A DNA stretch of 32,000 bases from Allobaculum fili (GCF_020969955.1 NZ_JAHDSX010000001.1:30001-62000), one strand, 5' to 3'. Shown: positions 1 to 9,103, counted from the stretch's first letter. Notes: generated from the letters alone by a model not told the origin. Numbers and translations are program-made.

Positions 1-1
1 G

Positions 2-847
2 GAAATCGCCTGGGGCTCTTACTCCCTCATGGCGCAGATGCACAATCTGAAAACGAAATCGTATTCGCTCTTTGAAGGCGATCATTTCAATCTCGACTCC
101 CTGAAGGCGACATGCAAAGCCGTCATGGAAGAGCAGGACCGTCTGGTTCTGATCATCAATGACCCGTGCCAGAATCCGACCGGCTATTCGATGACCAGAA
201 AAGAATGGGAAGACGTGATCGAATTCCTGAACGAATGCTCCAAAACCCATTCGGTCGTTCTGATCAATGATATTGCCTACATCGACTTTGCCTATGAAGG
301 TGCGAAAGCCAAGGAATATTTCCGCTGCTTCGACAAGATTTCGGACGACGTTGCTGTAATCGTTGCCTTCTCCATTTCCAAATCGCTGACCTCTTACGGT
401 CTGCGCTGCGGTGCAGCCATTCTGATGGCGAAAACGCAGGAAGGCGTGGACGAACTGAAAGTCGTCTTCGAAAAGACCGCCCGCGCGACCTGGTCGAACG
501 TCAACAATGGCGCCATGGAAACGTTCTCGACGATCATGCGTACGAAAAAGGATGAATACCTGGCAGAAAAACAGAAGTATGTGGATCTGCTTAAAGCCCG
601 TTCGGATCTGTTTGTAAAACAGGCCGAAGAAGCCGGTCTGGTTCACTACCCGTACAAGGAAGGCTTCTTCGTCACGCTCGCAATGGACAATGACAAGTGC
701 GACCGCCTGCATGCGGCCCTGATGGAAAACCAGATTTACACCGTCAAGGTCAACAAGGGCATTCGCATCGCCGTCTGCTCCATGCCGCTTCACGTCATCG
801 ACGGTCTGGCCGCCCGCATTAAAGCGGTCGAAGACCAGCTCGACTAG
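2..847 (+). CDS. Class I/II (AspC/TyrB-like) aminotransferase, 5'-truncated by window edge
   Basis: The frame is open from position 2 (EIAWGSYSL precedes the first ATG at 29), so the N-terminus lies outside the window. Motifs INDPCQNPTGYS and FSISKSLTSYGLRCGA (PLP-lysine context) are typical of the family. Stop at 845-847. Confidence 0.85.
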   Translation, partial: EIAWGSYSLMAQMHNLKTKSYSLFEGDHFNLDSLKATCKAVMEEQDRLVLIINDPCQNPTGYSMTRKEWEDVIEFLNECSKTHSVVLINDIAYIDFAYEGAKAKEYFRCFDKISDDVAVIVAFSISKSLTSYGLRCGAAILMAKTQEGVDELKVVFEKTARATWSNVNNGAMETFSTIMRTKKDEYLAEKQKYVDLLKARSDLFVKQAEEAGLVHYPYKEGFFVTLAMDNDKCDRLHAALMENQIYTVKVNKGIRIAVCSMPLHVIDGLAARIKAVEDQLD

Positions 848-940
848 ATCGTTCCAAACAGAAAAAAACGGCGGAAAACCGTTTTCGATTTTCCAGCCGC
901 ATCAGTATTTCCCTTTTCCTGTTTTTTCTTCAAGTCCGCA

Positions 941-966
941 AAGCCGCAAGGCCTGCGGGCTTTTTT
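941..966 (+). terminator. Rho-independent terminator after aminotransferase gene
   Basis: Hairpin aagccgca/aggcc/tgcgggctt (one bulge) followed by tttttt at 961-966. A weaker aaaacgg..ccgtttt hairpin lies at 865-885. Confidence 0.6.
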
Positions 967-1366
967 ACTGCCGAAAGCCGCGCATTTCTGTCCGGCTGAA
1001 GGCGCGGCCGAATCCCTTCAGAATCCGCTCCGGGACAAAATGTGAGAAATTAACAGGTTTTGAGAGATTTAACATCATATAAAGACAATTTTTATGCACA
1101 ATAAAAGCAAGCAGATAAAAGTGAGAAAAAATCCTCACTCTGCGCGAAGACAAAATGAGCTGAAAATTACGAGAGGTATCGCGAATTTTAATGGATGGTA
1201 AACAAAATCGAATTCGAAATAATTATCAATTCATTGTCAATTATTATGCCGGACAGAACAGAAAAACTAAAATAAATGCGTTAAAAAAATACGCTTTATG
1301 ATAAAATATCCGTGATTATACAGAAAAGAAATAATGAAAACGAAATAGATTTGGCAGGTGAAACTA

Positions 1367-2860
1367 ATGGAAAGACAAGCTGGAGTCCTTCTTCCTCTTT
1401 TTTCAGTTCCTGGAAACCAGGGAATAGGAGACCTCGGACAGAAAACTCAGATGATGATCGATGAACTGACAGATGCCGGATTCAAGATCTGGTCTATGCT
1501 TCCCATCAATCCTGTACACGAACACAATTCGCCGTACAGTGCTGTAACTGCCTATGCCGGGGATCCGATTTACATCAATATTGATCGCCTGGCGGAGATG
1601 GGACTTCTGACCCAGAGCAGCGTCATCAACTGCAACAAGTTTAAAAACGCTGTGGACTACGATACAGTCCGTCAGTTTAAAGAACCCTTTTTTCAGAGAG
1701 CCTTTAAGGCTTTCCGCAAAAACTATAAAAAATGGAAAGAAGAATTCGAACAGTTCAAGCGTGAAGCGTTCTGGCTGAACAACTGGACCGTTTATGAACT
1801 GTTCCGCAATCTGAACGACGGCAAAGGCTGGACCGAGTGGGAACTCGATTACCAGGTATGGCCGGAAAAGCAGGGCATCAACCTTCGTCCTTACGTCGAA
1901 GAAGTGTTCTATATTCAGTTTTTGCAGTTTATTTTTTATAAGCAGCTTGACGAAATTACCGCGTACGCGCGCAAGAAAGGCCTCCGGCTCATGCAGGATG
2001 TTCCGTTTTACGTGAACATGAACAGCATGGAAGTCTGGTCGCACAAGCGGGAATTCATGGTACAGCCTGACGGCAGACCCATTCAGCTGGCCGGCTGCCC
2101 GCCTGATCACTACCACGAACACGGTCAGGTGTGGGACAAGCCGATGTATAACTTTGACTACATCAAGGAAGAGCAGTACGTGAACTTCCGCAATCGATTC
2201 ATCTGGACCGCCAGGAACTTCGACGCGATGCGGATCGTTCATTTCAAGGGCTTTGACTTTATCTGGAAAGTCCCAGAAGACCGCAACCCGGAACACGGCG
2301 CATGGTCCGCCGGACCAGGCCGTCCGCTGCTCGAAATGATCAAGAACGATCTTCCCAACGTGCTCTTTACTGCCGAAGATCAGGGTCTGATGCGTCCGAC
2401 GCTCAAGGAAATGGAAAAGGAATTTTCCATTCCGGTCATGGATGTTCTGCAGTACCGTATGGAAACCAAACTGCTCAAAAAGGCAGCGGCCCCGCTTTCC
2501 GCGGTCTACACCTCGTTTTATGACACCCCGACCATTGAACAGGACTACGCTTCCTTTACCAATAACCGCAAGATCGCCCTTCGCCGCTTCTTTAAAAAGC
2601 GCGAATACGAGCACCGTTCGTTCCACGACCTCGTGTGCCACTTTGCGATCAACAGCGAAGCCGTTCTCGTTCTTCTTGCCATGCAGGATATTCTCGGCAT
2701 CAAGGAACAGGGACGCATTAACGATCCGGAAAACGAAGACGTGCCCAACTGGACGTGGAAGCTGAAAGACTTCAAGACGTTCCCGGATGAGCTCCAGAAA
2801 GTAAAAGGCTGGCTCGAAGCCGCTGGACGCATTCCGGCAGAATCGGCCGAAGAAGCCTGA
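1367..2860 (+). CDS. malQ: 4-alpha-glucanotransferase (amylomaltase, GH77)
   Basis: N-terminus MERQAGVLLPLFSVPGNQGIGDLG and the overall length (~497 aa) are typical of MalQ. ATG at 1367 is preferred over the track's GTG at 1358 because AGGTGA (1355-1360) sits 6 nt upstream. Confidence 0.9.
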   Translation: MERQAGVLLPLFSVPGNQGIGDLGQKTQMMIDELTDAGFKIWSMLPINPVHEHNSPYSAVTAYAGDPIYINIDRLAEMGLLTQSSVINCNKFKNAVDYDTVRQFKEPFFQRAFKAFRKNYKKWKEEFEQFKREAFWLNNWTVYELFRNLNDGKGWTEWELDYQVWPEKQGINLRPYVEEVFYIQFLQFIFYKQLDEITAYARKKGLRLMQDVPFYVNMNSMEVWSHKREFMVQPDGRPIQLAGCPPDHYHEHGQVWDKPMYNFDYIKEEQYVNFRNRFIWTARNFDAMRIVHFKGFDFIWKVPEDRNPEHGAWSAGPGRPLLEMIKNDLPNVLFTAEDQGLMRPTLKEMEKEFSIPVMDVLQYRMETKLLKKAAAPLSAVYTSFYDTPTIEQDYASFTNNRKIALRRFFKKREYEHRSFHDLVCHFAINSEAVLVLLAMQDILGIKEQGRINDPENEDVPNWTWKLKDFKTFPDELQKVKGWLEAAGRIPAESAEEA

Positions 2861-2907
2861 TTTTCTAAACCGCAGAGCGGAACAAAACAGGAACACAAAT
2901 CCGTCCC

Positions 2908-2953
2908 ACCGGTTTTCACAGCGAACGATTCGCGCCGAAAACCGGTGTTTTTT
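2908..2953 (+). terminator. Rho-independent terminator after malQ
   Basis: 11-bp stem caccggttttc (2908-2918) / gaaaaccggtg (2937-2947) with a nested gcgaa..ttcgc hairpin in the loop, followed by tttttt. Confidence 0.7.
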
Positions 2954-3135
2954 CTATGTCGAAATGAAACAGAACAGGACTGGACAAAATAGAAGAGAAT
3001 GGGACCAAACGGGGCTGAACTGGATCTGGACGGAATGGGGCAGAAGGGGACGGACATTTTCTCAGCGTCCGCGGCTGCCCGAAGAAGCAGAGCTTTTTGA
3101 GCAGACCGCACGAGTGCCTTTTCGCGGATCTTGCA

Positions 3136-3170
3136 AACAAAAAGAAAACCGCTTCCGGTCAGGGAAGCGG
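3136..3170 (-). terminator. Rho-independent terminator after XRE regulator gene (minus strand)
   Basis: Stem ccgcttcc (3149-3156) / ggaagcgg (3163-3170). The plus-strand A-rich run 3136-3148 gives a U-tract on the minus strand. Confidence 0.65.
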
Positions 3171-3238
3171 CAGAGCGGATTTTGAAAGGGACTCCGGCCA
3201 TGTTACAGGATTACAGATTCAGCCGAGCCCGACGGGGG

Positions 3239-3472
3239 TCAGGCGGTTGTGGAGTCAGCGGAATCGTCGCGTTTGACGTAGGTCAGTAGAATATCATAGC
3301 CAAGAGTTTCAAGAATTTTGATGAACGTCTTGTTGATCAGGTTCTCGTTGTTTTTGATGATTCGGTTGGCGTAGGAAGGGGTGATTCCAATCGCCTGGGC
3401 CAGTTTGGCCTGCGTCATCTGAGCCTGTACAGCCTTCACTTTAATATCCAGCTCAAGGTTATTTTTCAGCAT
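3239..3472 (-). CDS. XRE-family helix-turn-helix transcriptional regulator (77 aa)
   Basis: HTH core MTQAKLAQAIGITPSYANRIIKN. Strong SD (gaaaggaga, reverse complement of 3481-3489) precedes the ATG. Confidence 0.8.
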   Translation of the reverse strand: MLKNNLELDIKVKAVQAQMTQAKLAQAIGITPSYANRIIKNNENLINKTFIKILETLGYDILLTYVKRDDSADSTTA

Positions 3473-3877
3473 TCCATTCGTCTCCTTTCAATTGAGTTAC
3501 AATGCAATCTTAGAGGGATTGGATTATTTTGTAAACAAAACCAAGAATCCCTTTTAAAAATGTTCGAAATAATCAAAAAAAAACAGCATCCAGTCCAACT
3601 TTTAAACCTGTTTCTGAAAGAATCAGTTGATTAAGATGAAAGAAAACACAAAATAAGATATAAATATTAACATTTGCATTTACAGTAGAAACTTTAAAAA
3701 ATATACGATCCCAATGATAAAACCGTATAAAGATAGCAGTGTCATTACAGGAGTCATCAATTTTGCAAAGATAAAGATAATTTATTTAGATATAGTTTTC
3801 TCATGAACAATGGAGTAGATAAATCAACAAAATGCGATTGGAAACCAATCCTAAAAAGATAAACGTAAAGCCATGAA

Positions 3878-3921
3878 AAAGCGCATGAAACCTGCGAAAT
3901 TCGCAGAAACACATGCGCTTT
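3878..3921 (-). terminator. Candidate terminator hairpin downstream of lon (possibly bidirectional)
   Basis: Nested inverted repeat aaagcgcatg (3878-3887) / catgcgcttt (3912-3921) with inner ctgcgaa/ttcgcag. It is flanked by an A-run on one side and a T-run on the other, and lies ~135 nt past the lon stop. Confidence 0.45.
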
Positions 3922-4056
3922 CATATTTTTCAGAAATTAAGAAAGATTGGGATATCCCCGTCAGGACAGGCCGCCTTTTCCTGAAAAACTGCAGTTTTCA
4001 AAAATCGGATGGTCTTCAAAGAGACAATATGCCTCTGTCAAGTCTTAAATCTGTGC

Positions 4057-6411
4057 CTAGATCGAAACGGTGGCGTTTACGGCAGCGAGCGCCGGCAGTT
4101 TTGGTGTCTGCAGGTGCACGCCAAGGGTATGAGCGAGGACTTCTTCCACGCGGGAAACCGGGATGATTTCCAGAGCGTTTTTGACTTCTTCGTCCACCTC
4201 AGCCAGGTCGCGTTCGTTGTCAGCCGGAATCAGCACTTTGCGAATGCCTGCACGCATGGCCCCGAACAGTTTTTCCTTCAGACCGCCGATCGGAAGCACT
4301 TCGCCGGAAAGCGAAAGTTCGCCCGTCATCGCGATGTGGGAATCGACCGGTTTGCCTAACGCCAGAGAAGCCAGAGCCGTCATGATCGTGATGCCGGCAC
4401 TCGGTCCGTCTTTTGGCGTGGCGCCAGCCGGGAAGTGGATATGGATATCCTGTTTGGCAAATTCGAGCGTATCGAGCGGCAGATGGGATTTCAGTACGGA
4501 ATAGGAAATCCGTGCCGATTCCTTCATGACATCGCCCAGCTGACCCGTCAGGATCATCTGGCCGCTGCCGGGCATCGAAGCCGCTTCAATGTAGAGCACT
4601 TTGCCGCCTACAGCCGTCCAGGCCAGACCCGTAACGACGCCGACTGGATTGCTTTCCTTCACTTTTTCGTGACGGACAGCGATCGGACCGAAAATGTCCG
4701 CCAGATCGTCTTTCGTTACGCGTACCGGTCCGGCGTTTTCCACCATATCGACCGCTTTGACCCGGCAGATTTTCGCCAGCTGCTTTTTCAGACCGCGGCA
4801 TCCGGCTTCCATCGTGTAGGAATTGATGATTTCACGGATCGCATCGTCTTCAATCTGAAGCTGAGACGCGTCGATGCCGTGTTCTTCCATCACTTCGCCA
4901 AGCAGATGGTCTTTGGCAATCACGAATTTTTCCGAAGGCGTGTAGCTCGAAAGGGAAATGACTTCCATACGGTCGAGCAGCGGTCCGGGGATCGTGTCGA
5001 GCGAGTTGGCGGTGGCAATGAACATGACATCGCTCAGATCGTAAGGCAGATCCAGGTAGTGATCGGTAAAGGTGTCGTTCTGTTCCGGGTCGAGTACTTC
5101 CAGCATGGCTGCCGAAGGATCGCCCGCAAAGCCGCCGGCCATCATCTTGTCGAGCTCGTCGAGAATCATTACCGGGTTGGTGGCTTTGGCGTTTTTCATC
5201 GCCTTGAGCACGCGGCCGCTCATGGCGCCGACGTACGTACGTCGATGACCGCGGATTTCGGATTCGTCACGGATGCCGCCTAAGGACAGACGGGTGTACG
5301 GACGATGGAGCGCCTTGGCGATGGATTTTCCCAGAGACGTTTTGCCGGTTCCGGGAGGACCAACGAGCAGAATGGCGCTGCCGCGGTTGGTCTTGCGCAG
5401 TTTCATGACCGCAAGGTGCTCGATAATGCGCTGTTTGACTTTTTCCATGCCTGCATGACGCTCATCGAGAATTTCGCGGGCTTTCTGCAGATCGGGTTCG
5501 AAGATTTCTTCCTTTTTCCAGGGAAGAGAGAGTGCAAACTCGAGGTAGTTCTTGAGCAGTTCGGCTTCTGCGGACTGCGGGTTGGTGCTTTCCAGGCGCG
5601 CAGCATCTTCGAGAAGCGCCTTCTGGTTTTCCTCGGACATGCCGGAAGCGGCAATGCGGGATTTGTAGTCGGAATCTGGAGAGGTCTCGCCGGCTTCGTC
5701 GCTTTCATCGAGCTCGCTCTGGATGGCGTTCAGCTGACGGAGCAGAGCCTGACGGCGATAAAACTCGCTCGCTTCTCTGGACAGCTTCTCGTTCATTTCC
5801 ATGTTGAGGGTAATTTCCTCTTTCTGGCGAAGGAGATAGTCGATGAAGCGAAGCGCGCGTTCCTTATCGGAATCCATGCAGATCAGCCCGTAGCATTCCG
5901 CCGTCGACATGTTGATGTACTGGGACAGGAAGGCGATCAGCTGGTTGAGAGAAGAGTATTCATTCACCCGGCGGGCCAGATGTCTTCCGCCCTGGAAGCC
6001 CGAGGAGACTTCCTTAACAAGTTCTTTGATATAGGAAACCATCTGTTTCCTGGATTTGTCGTCAAGATCATCGATGGCCGGAGCTTCGGTCCACTCGCAG
6101 AGGGGTCCGTCTGCGCTGCGCGAAACAATGCAGATACGCTTGAGCGCCTTGACCATCAGGACGTTTTCGTCTTCTTCCTTTTCGATCCCGGTCGCTTCGC
6201 AAAGCAGACCGTACGCGCGGAGATTGTCATTTCCCGGTCGAGCGAGATCGTCCTCACCGCTGAAAACTGCGAAGGGCTCCTGCAGGAGTCGTTCGATTTC
6301 GTTTTGCGGCAGATTTTTCAGCCGGAGGATTGTATCAGGCAGCATAAACGTGCCGGCAACTCGCAGAAAAGGTGATTCTGTTCTTTTGTCGTTCAATTTG
6401 TAAATCCTCAC
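4057..6411 (-). CDS. lon: ATP-dependent Lon protease (LonA type)
   Basis: Walker A GPPGTGKTS, protease motif PKDGPSAGITIMTALAS, and an N-terminal LON substrate-binding region. The start is GTG at 6411. An alternative TTG at 6396 has a better SD (GAGGA 9 nt upstream). Confidence 0.93.
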   Translation of the reverse strand: MRIYKLNDKRTESPFLRVAGTFMLPDTILRLKNLPQNEIERLLQEPFAVFSGEDDLARPGNDNLRAYGLLCEATGIEKEEDENVLMVKALKRICIVSRSADGPLCEWTEAPAIDDLDDKSRKQMVSYIKELVKEVSSGFQGGRHLARRVNEYSSLNQLIAFLSQYINMSTAECYGLICMDSDKERALRFIDYLLRQKEEITLNMEMNEKLSREASEFYRRQALLRQLNAIQSELDESDEAGETSPDSDYKSRIAASGMSEENQKALLEDAARLESTNPQSAEAELLKNYLEFALSLPWKKEEIFEPDLQKAREILDERHAGMEKVKQRIIEHLAVMKLRKTNRGSAILLVGPPGTGKTSLGKSIAKALHRPYTRLSLGGIRDESEIRGHRRTYVGAMSGRVLKAMKNAKATNPVMILDELDKMMAGGFAGDPSAAMLEVLDPEQNDTFTDHYLDLPYDLSDVMFIATANSLDTIPGPLLDRMEVISLSSYTPSEKFVIAKDHLLGEVMEEHGIDASQLQIEDDAIREIINSYTMEAGCRGLKKQLAKICRVKAVDMVENAGPVRVTKDDLADIFGPIAVRHEKVKESNPVGVVTGLAWTAVGGKVLYIEAASMPGSGQMILTGQLGDVMKESARISYSVLKSHLPLDTLEFAKQDIHIHFPAGATPKDGPSAGITIMTALASLALGKPVDSHIAMTGELSLSGEVLPIGGLKEKLFGAMRAGIRKVLIPADNERDLAEVDEEVKNALEIIPVSRVEEVLAHTLGVHLQTPKLPALAAVNATVSI

Positions 6412-6541
6412 TTTCTAATGAGTAGACAGTATATATAACTGGTACGGAAAATGTAAATACTATCAAAAAACATACTAACAAAGTTATGTATACCATAGGA
6501 GCCGCCGTTCATGGTAAGATAGCCCACGAAAGGGGTGCACG

Positions 6542-6901
6542 ATGCAGAAACTGATTATTTATAAAGATGATGAATGTTCGATGAAACGGGCATGCAAGGC
6601 GCTGGAGGGAAAATGGAAAATCCCTGTGATCTACGTTCTGTGTGTCAACGGAACCCTGCGCTACAGTCAGCTTCGCCAGGCGTTAGGCATAACCAACGTC
6701 ATGCTTTCCAATACCCTGAAAGATCTGGAAGAGGAAGGCCTGATCGAACGCAATGCCTACAACGAAATCCCGCCCCGTGTTGATTATTCTCTGAGCGAAC
6801 TTTCTCGCGAGCTCGTTCCCGTCCTTCTTTCTTTCTCCCACTGGGGACAGAAGCTGATGGAATGCGATCTGGATTCCGAGGACGAGTGCGATCTTCTCTA
6901 A
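6542..6901 (+). CDS. HxlR-family winged-helix transcriptional regulator
   Basis: KWKIPVIYVL...RYSQLRQALGITNVMLSNTLKDLEEEGLIER...PPRVDYSLSE is the HxlR signature. SD aaagggg precedes the ATG. Confidence 0.85.
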   Translation: MQKLIIYKDDECSMKRACKALEGKWKIPVIYVLCVNGTLRYSQLRQALGITNVMLSNTLKDLEEEGLIERNAYNEIPPRVDYSLSELSRELVPVLLSFSHWGQKLMECDLDSEDECDLL

Positions 6902-6963
6902 AGCCTGCCCAGCCATTCCTTTTTGTTCAACTTGCCTGTATTCCAAAGGGGTCGAATACTCTG

Positions 6964-6989
6964 GACGTCTCGAACGGACGTCTTTTTTT
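6964..6989 (+). terminator. Candidate terminator after hxlR-like gene
   Basis: Self-complementary gacgtc (6964-6969) pairs with gacgtc (6977-6982) and is followed by seven T (6983-6989). The stem is short. Confidence 0.5.
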
Positions 6990-7142
6990 CATGGAAAGAT
7001 GAACGGAGCGGGCTGCTGAAATTTCAAAAAAGCGACCGGTCAGAGAGACAGAAATCTCAAAAAACAAAAAATTCAAAAAGCGAGAAATCCAGAACGGCAG
7101 AGGAAAAGGAAAAGGAAGGTACTCCCTTCAGACGGCTCATAG

Positions 7143-7173
7143 AAAAACCGTGAATCCAAAGGTCGATTCACGG
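7143..7173 (-). terminator. Orphan minus-strand terminator-like hairpin with no credible upstream gene
   Basis: 9-bp stem ccgtgaatc (7148-7156) / gattcacgg (7165-7173). The plus-strand A5 at 7143-7147 gives a U-tract after the stem on the minus strand. Confidence 0.4.
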
Positions 7174-7663
7174 CATGCGCGCATCCAGAGGGATGGACAG
7201 TCCGGGCCAGAATAGAGGATACGATGAGCACAAACCCTCTGCTGTACGAACCGGAACAATCTCAGACGCAGAAATCCTGATAGAAAGAGAAAAAATTAAG
7301 AAATCTGAAGAATCAGAAAAAGGGCACTCGCCAGAAGGTGCTTTGGAAGGTCCGTGACTGTTCGGATCTGCACGCGGGCAAGAATTCCAAAAAAATATAT
7401 ATAACGGATATAAAGCCTGTATACATCCGATCGGATTCTTTACTGAAATCATTTCTTTTGTTCACCGGAGTCTGGTGGGAAAACCCCGCGAGCCGCTGTC
7501 ATATTGAAAAAAGTCCGGCATTCCGCCGGGGGGGAAAGAAAGAAGCCGATATAATCCAAGTATAAAGATCCCATAAAAGAACGGAATTATGGAAAAGCGT
7601 GACAGACACCGATGAACACCGCTTTTTCCAGATTTCGCCAGACCGGGATGAAAGGAGTTTCGT

Positions 7664-8188
7664 ATGAACAAGTCTTCTTTTGGATGGTATCGCGTGCTCT
7701 ATATTATTCTTTCCATTCTTTACATGTTTGCGGGCATGATGCTCATCACCTATCCGGGAATGTTTGCTGGATCCATGATTTACATGATCGGTTTCCTGGC
7801 CATCCTGTATGGATGCATTCTGATCGCTTCCTATTTCATGGCCGTCAATTTCAAGCTTCCCTTTACGCTCATTGCCGGCGGCGTTCTGATTCTGCTTGGC
7901 ATTCTGATTTGCTGCAATCTGTTTGAAGCGTCGATCGCGTTAGGCGTTATCGCCGCCATCGGTTTCATGGTTGTCGGCGCCTTTAAGATTTATCAGGCCG
8001 TATTTGTTAAGAACATCGGCATTTCCAGCTGGTGGTCCATTCTGCTTCTCGGTATCTGCAACCTGATCATCGGTCTGATTCTGATTTTCAATTTGAACGA
8101 TTCCGGAACTCTGATCACCGTTCTGATTGGTACCAACCTGTTAGTCAACGGCGTATCCGACCTGATGCTTGGCATCATGGCTTTCTAG
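7664..8188 (+). CDS. DUF308 / HdeD-family membrane protein
   Basis: 174 aa with six hydrophobic spans and the repeated small-residue pattern typical of HdeD/DUF308. SD aaaggag sits 7 nt upstream of the ATG. Confidence 0.8.
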   Translation: MNKSSFGWYRVLYIILSILYMFAGMMLITYPGMFAGSMIYMIGFLAILYGCILIASYFMAVNFKLPFTLIAGGVLILLGILICCNLFEASIALGVIAAIGFMVVGAFKIYQAVFVKNIGISSWWSILLLGICNLIIGLILIFNLNDSGTLITVLIGTNLLVNGVSDLMLGIMAF

Positions 8189-8267
8189 TTCCGTTCGTTA
8201 TACCCGTTTTACCCCTTTCTATATTTTCTCCTCTCCAGTAGTTTGAGGCGTTTCCTCCTTTCTCTTG

Positions 8268-8300
8268 GGCAGCCGGTATGTGCAGACCGGCTGCCTTTTT
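8268..8300 (+). terminator. Rho-independent terminator after DUF308 gene
   Basis: 10-bp GC-rich stem ggcagccggt / accggctgcc followed by ttttt. Confidence 0.75.
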
Positions 8301-8493
8301 ATAGTTCGGGCACCACAGCCCGCAGAAAAAATGGCCAATGCTAGTCTGAAGACAGAATCAGTTACAGGCTTCGGCAAGCCGGTATGTAAAGCCGGAAAAG
8401 CGGATCGAAGAGAATTTCTTCTTACTCAAGGTGTTTCAAAAAGAATTCCCGCCGCGATCTGTTCGAACGCCGAAGCAGAAAGGAAGCACGAAT

Positions 8494-9036
8494 ATGGAAG
8501 AAGCCATGATGGACCCTTCTCGAGTCATTTATCAGACAAATGCGGACAATACAGCCCGTTATGTCATTGGAGAAAAAGGGGACAACCCTCTGATTGTAAT
8601 GAGCATCAACCCGTCGCACGGAACGCCAGAACGCACGACCCCGACACTTGGCACCATCCGTCACATCGCTCAGGCGTACGGCTATGACGGCTGGATTGTT
8701 CTCTGCCTGTATCCGCAGCGCGCAACGCATCTTGACGAACTGGACGAAGTTGCCAATCCGCAGTGGATCGCCGAAAACGATAAAGTTATCGCCGACATTT
8801 TCTCGCAGTATCCCAATCACAGGATCTGGGCAGCCTGGGGCACACACTACAAAATGAGAAGCTATTTCCCGGAATGCCTCTCCAACATTCTTAAGATCGC
8901 CGATCAGTACGGCATGAGCTGGATGCATTATGGAACGCTCGATGAAGACGGAACTCCGCGCTATTGCCTCTATCTGGAAAACGGAGAAGGCTGGGCGCCC
9001 TTTGATGCACAGGCGTTCCTGAACCGCACATTCTAA
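8494..9036 (+). CDS. DUF1643 domain protein (function unknown)
   Basis: NPLIVMSINPSHGTPERTTPTLGTIRHIAQAYGYDGWIVLCLYPQRAT...IWAAWGTH fits the DUF1643 pattern. ATG at 8494 is preferred because aggaag lies ~8 nt upstream; the track start is 8431. Confidence 0.8.
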   Translation: MEEAMMDPSRVIYQTNADNTARYVIGEKGDNPLIVMSINPSHGTPERTTPTLGTIRHIAQAYGYDGWIVLCLYPQRATHLDELDEVANPQWIAENDKVIADIFSQYPNHRIWAAWGTHYKMRSYFPECLSNILKIADQYGMSWMHYGTLDEDGTPRYCLYLENGEGWAPFDAQAFLNRTF

Positions 9037-9103
9037 AATCAGGCTCTAAACGCCAGTACCAGATTCAGAAACCAAATTAAAAACACCAAATATTTCGCAT
9101 GAA

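Noticed and set aside
1335-1348. cre-like half site TGAAAACG about 25 nt upstream of malQ.
   Set aside because: Only the left half fits the cre consensus. The right half (AAATAG) fails at three specified positions, and the site lies in AT-rich sequence where such half matches are expected by chance.
1403-2896. Very long antisense ORFs that shadow real genes almost end to end: 1403..2896 opposite malQ, 9257..10678 opposite the CapA-like gene, 17487..18839 opposite dnaK, 19751..20815 opposite dnaJ, and 30132..31295 opposite the permease.
   Set aside because: Each is in codon register with the sense gene; I checked the coordinates modulo 3. Antisense stops in that register require sense TTA, CTA or TCA codons, which this genome's codon usage visibly avoids. 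The translations are low-complexity and match no family, while the sense-strand products are unambiguous.
2954-3135. Purine-rich tract between the malQ and XRE terminators. It contains a 73-aa Trp-rich ORF (2964..3185), and its minus strand is C-rich with several CCCC motifs reminiscent of RsaE/RoxS-type sRNAs.
   Set aside because: There is no SD for the ORF, no recognisable promoter on either strand, and no U-tract terminator on the minus strand. The C-rich motif idea is unsupported without expression data.
3873-4504. Plus-strand ORFs (3873..4166, 4009..4359, 4163..4504 and others up to 6403) overlapping lon.
   Set aside because: They lie opposite or out of frame to a clear Lon protease gene, have no SD, and have Arg/Ser-rich compositions typical of off-frame reading.
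7175-7400. Possible housekeeping ncRNA (RNase P, SRP/4.5S, tmRNA, 6S) suggested by ggacagtccgggcc and ggaaggtccg strings.
   Set aside because: Compared by eye with the conserved cores (GGAAAGUCC..., GGUCCGGAAGGAAGCAGCC, the tmRNA 3' T-arm/CCA end), neither strand reproduces them.
7464-7500. Fragments resembling FMN or cobalamin riboswitch cores (agtctggtggga at 7469-7480; cccgcgagc at 7485-7493) upstream of the DUF308 gene.
   Set aside because: The order and spacing of the fragments do not match the RFN or B12 consensus architecture as I recall it, and the other conserved segments are absent. A covariance-model scan would be needed before any claim.
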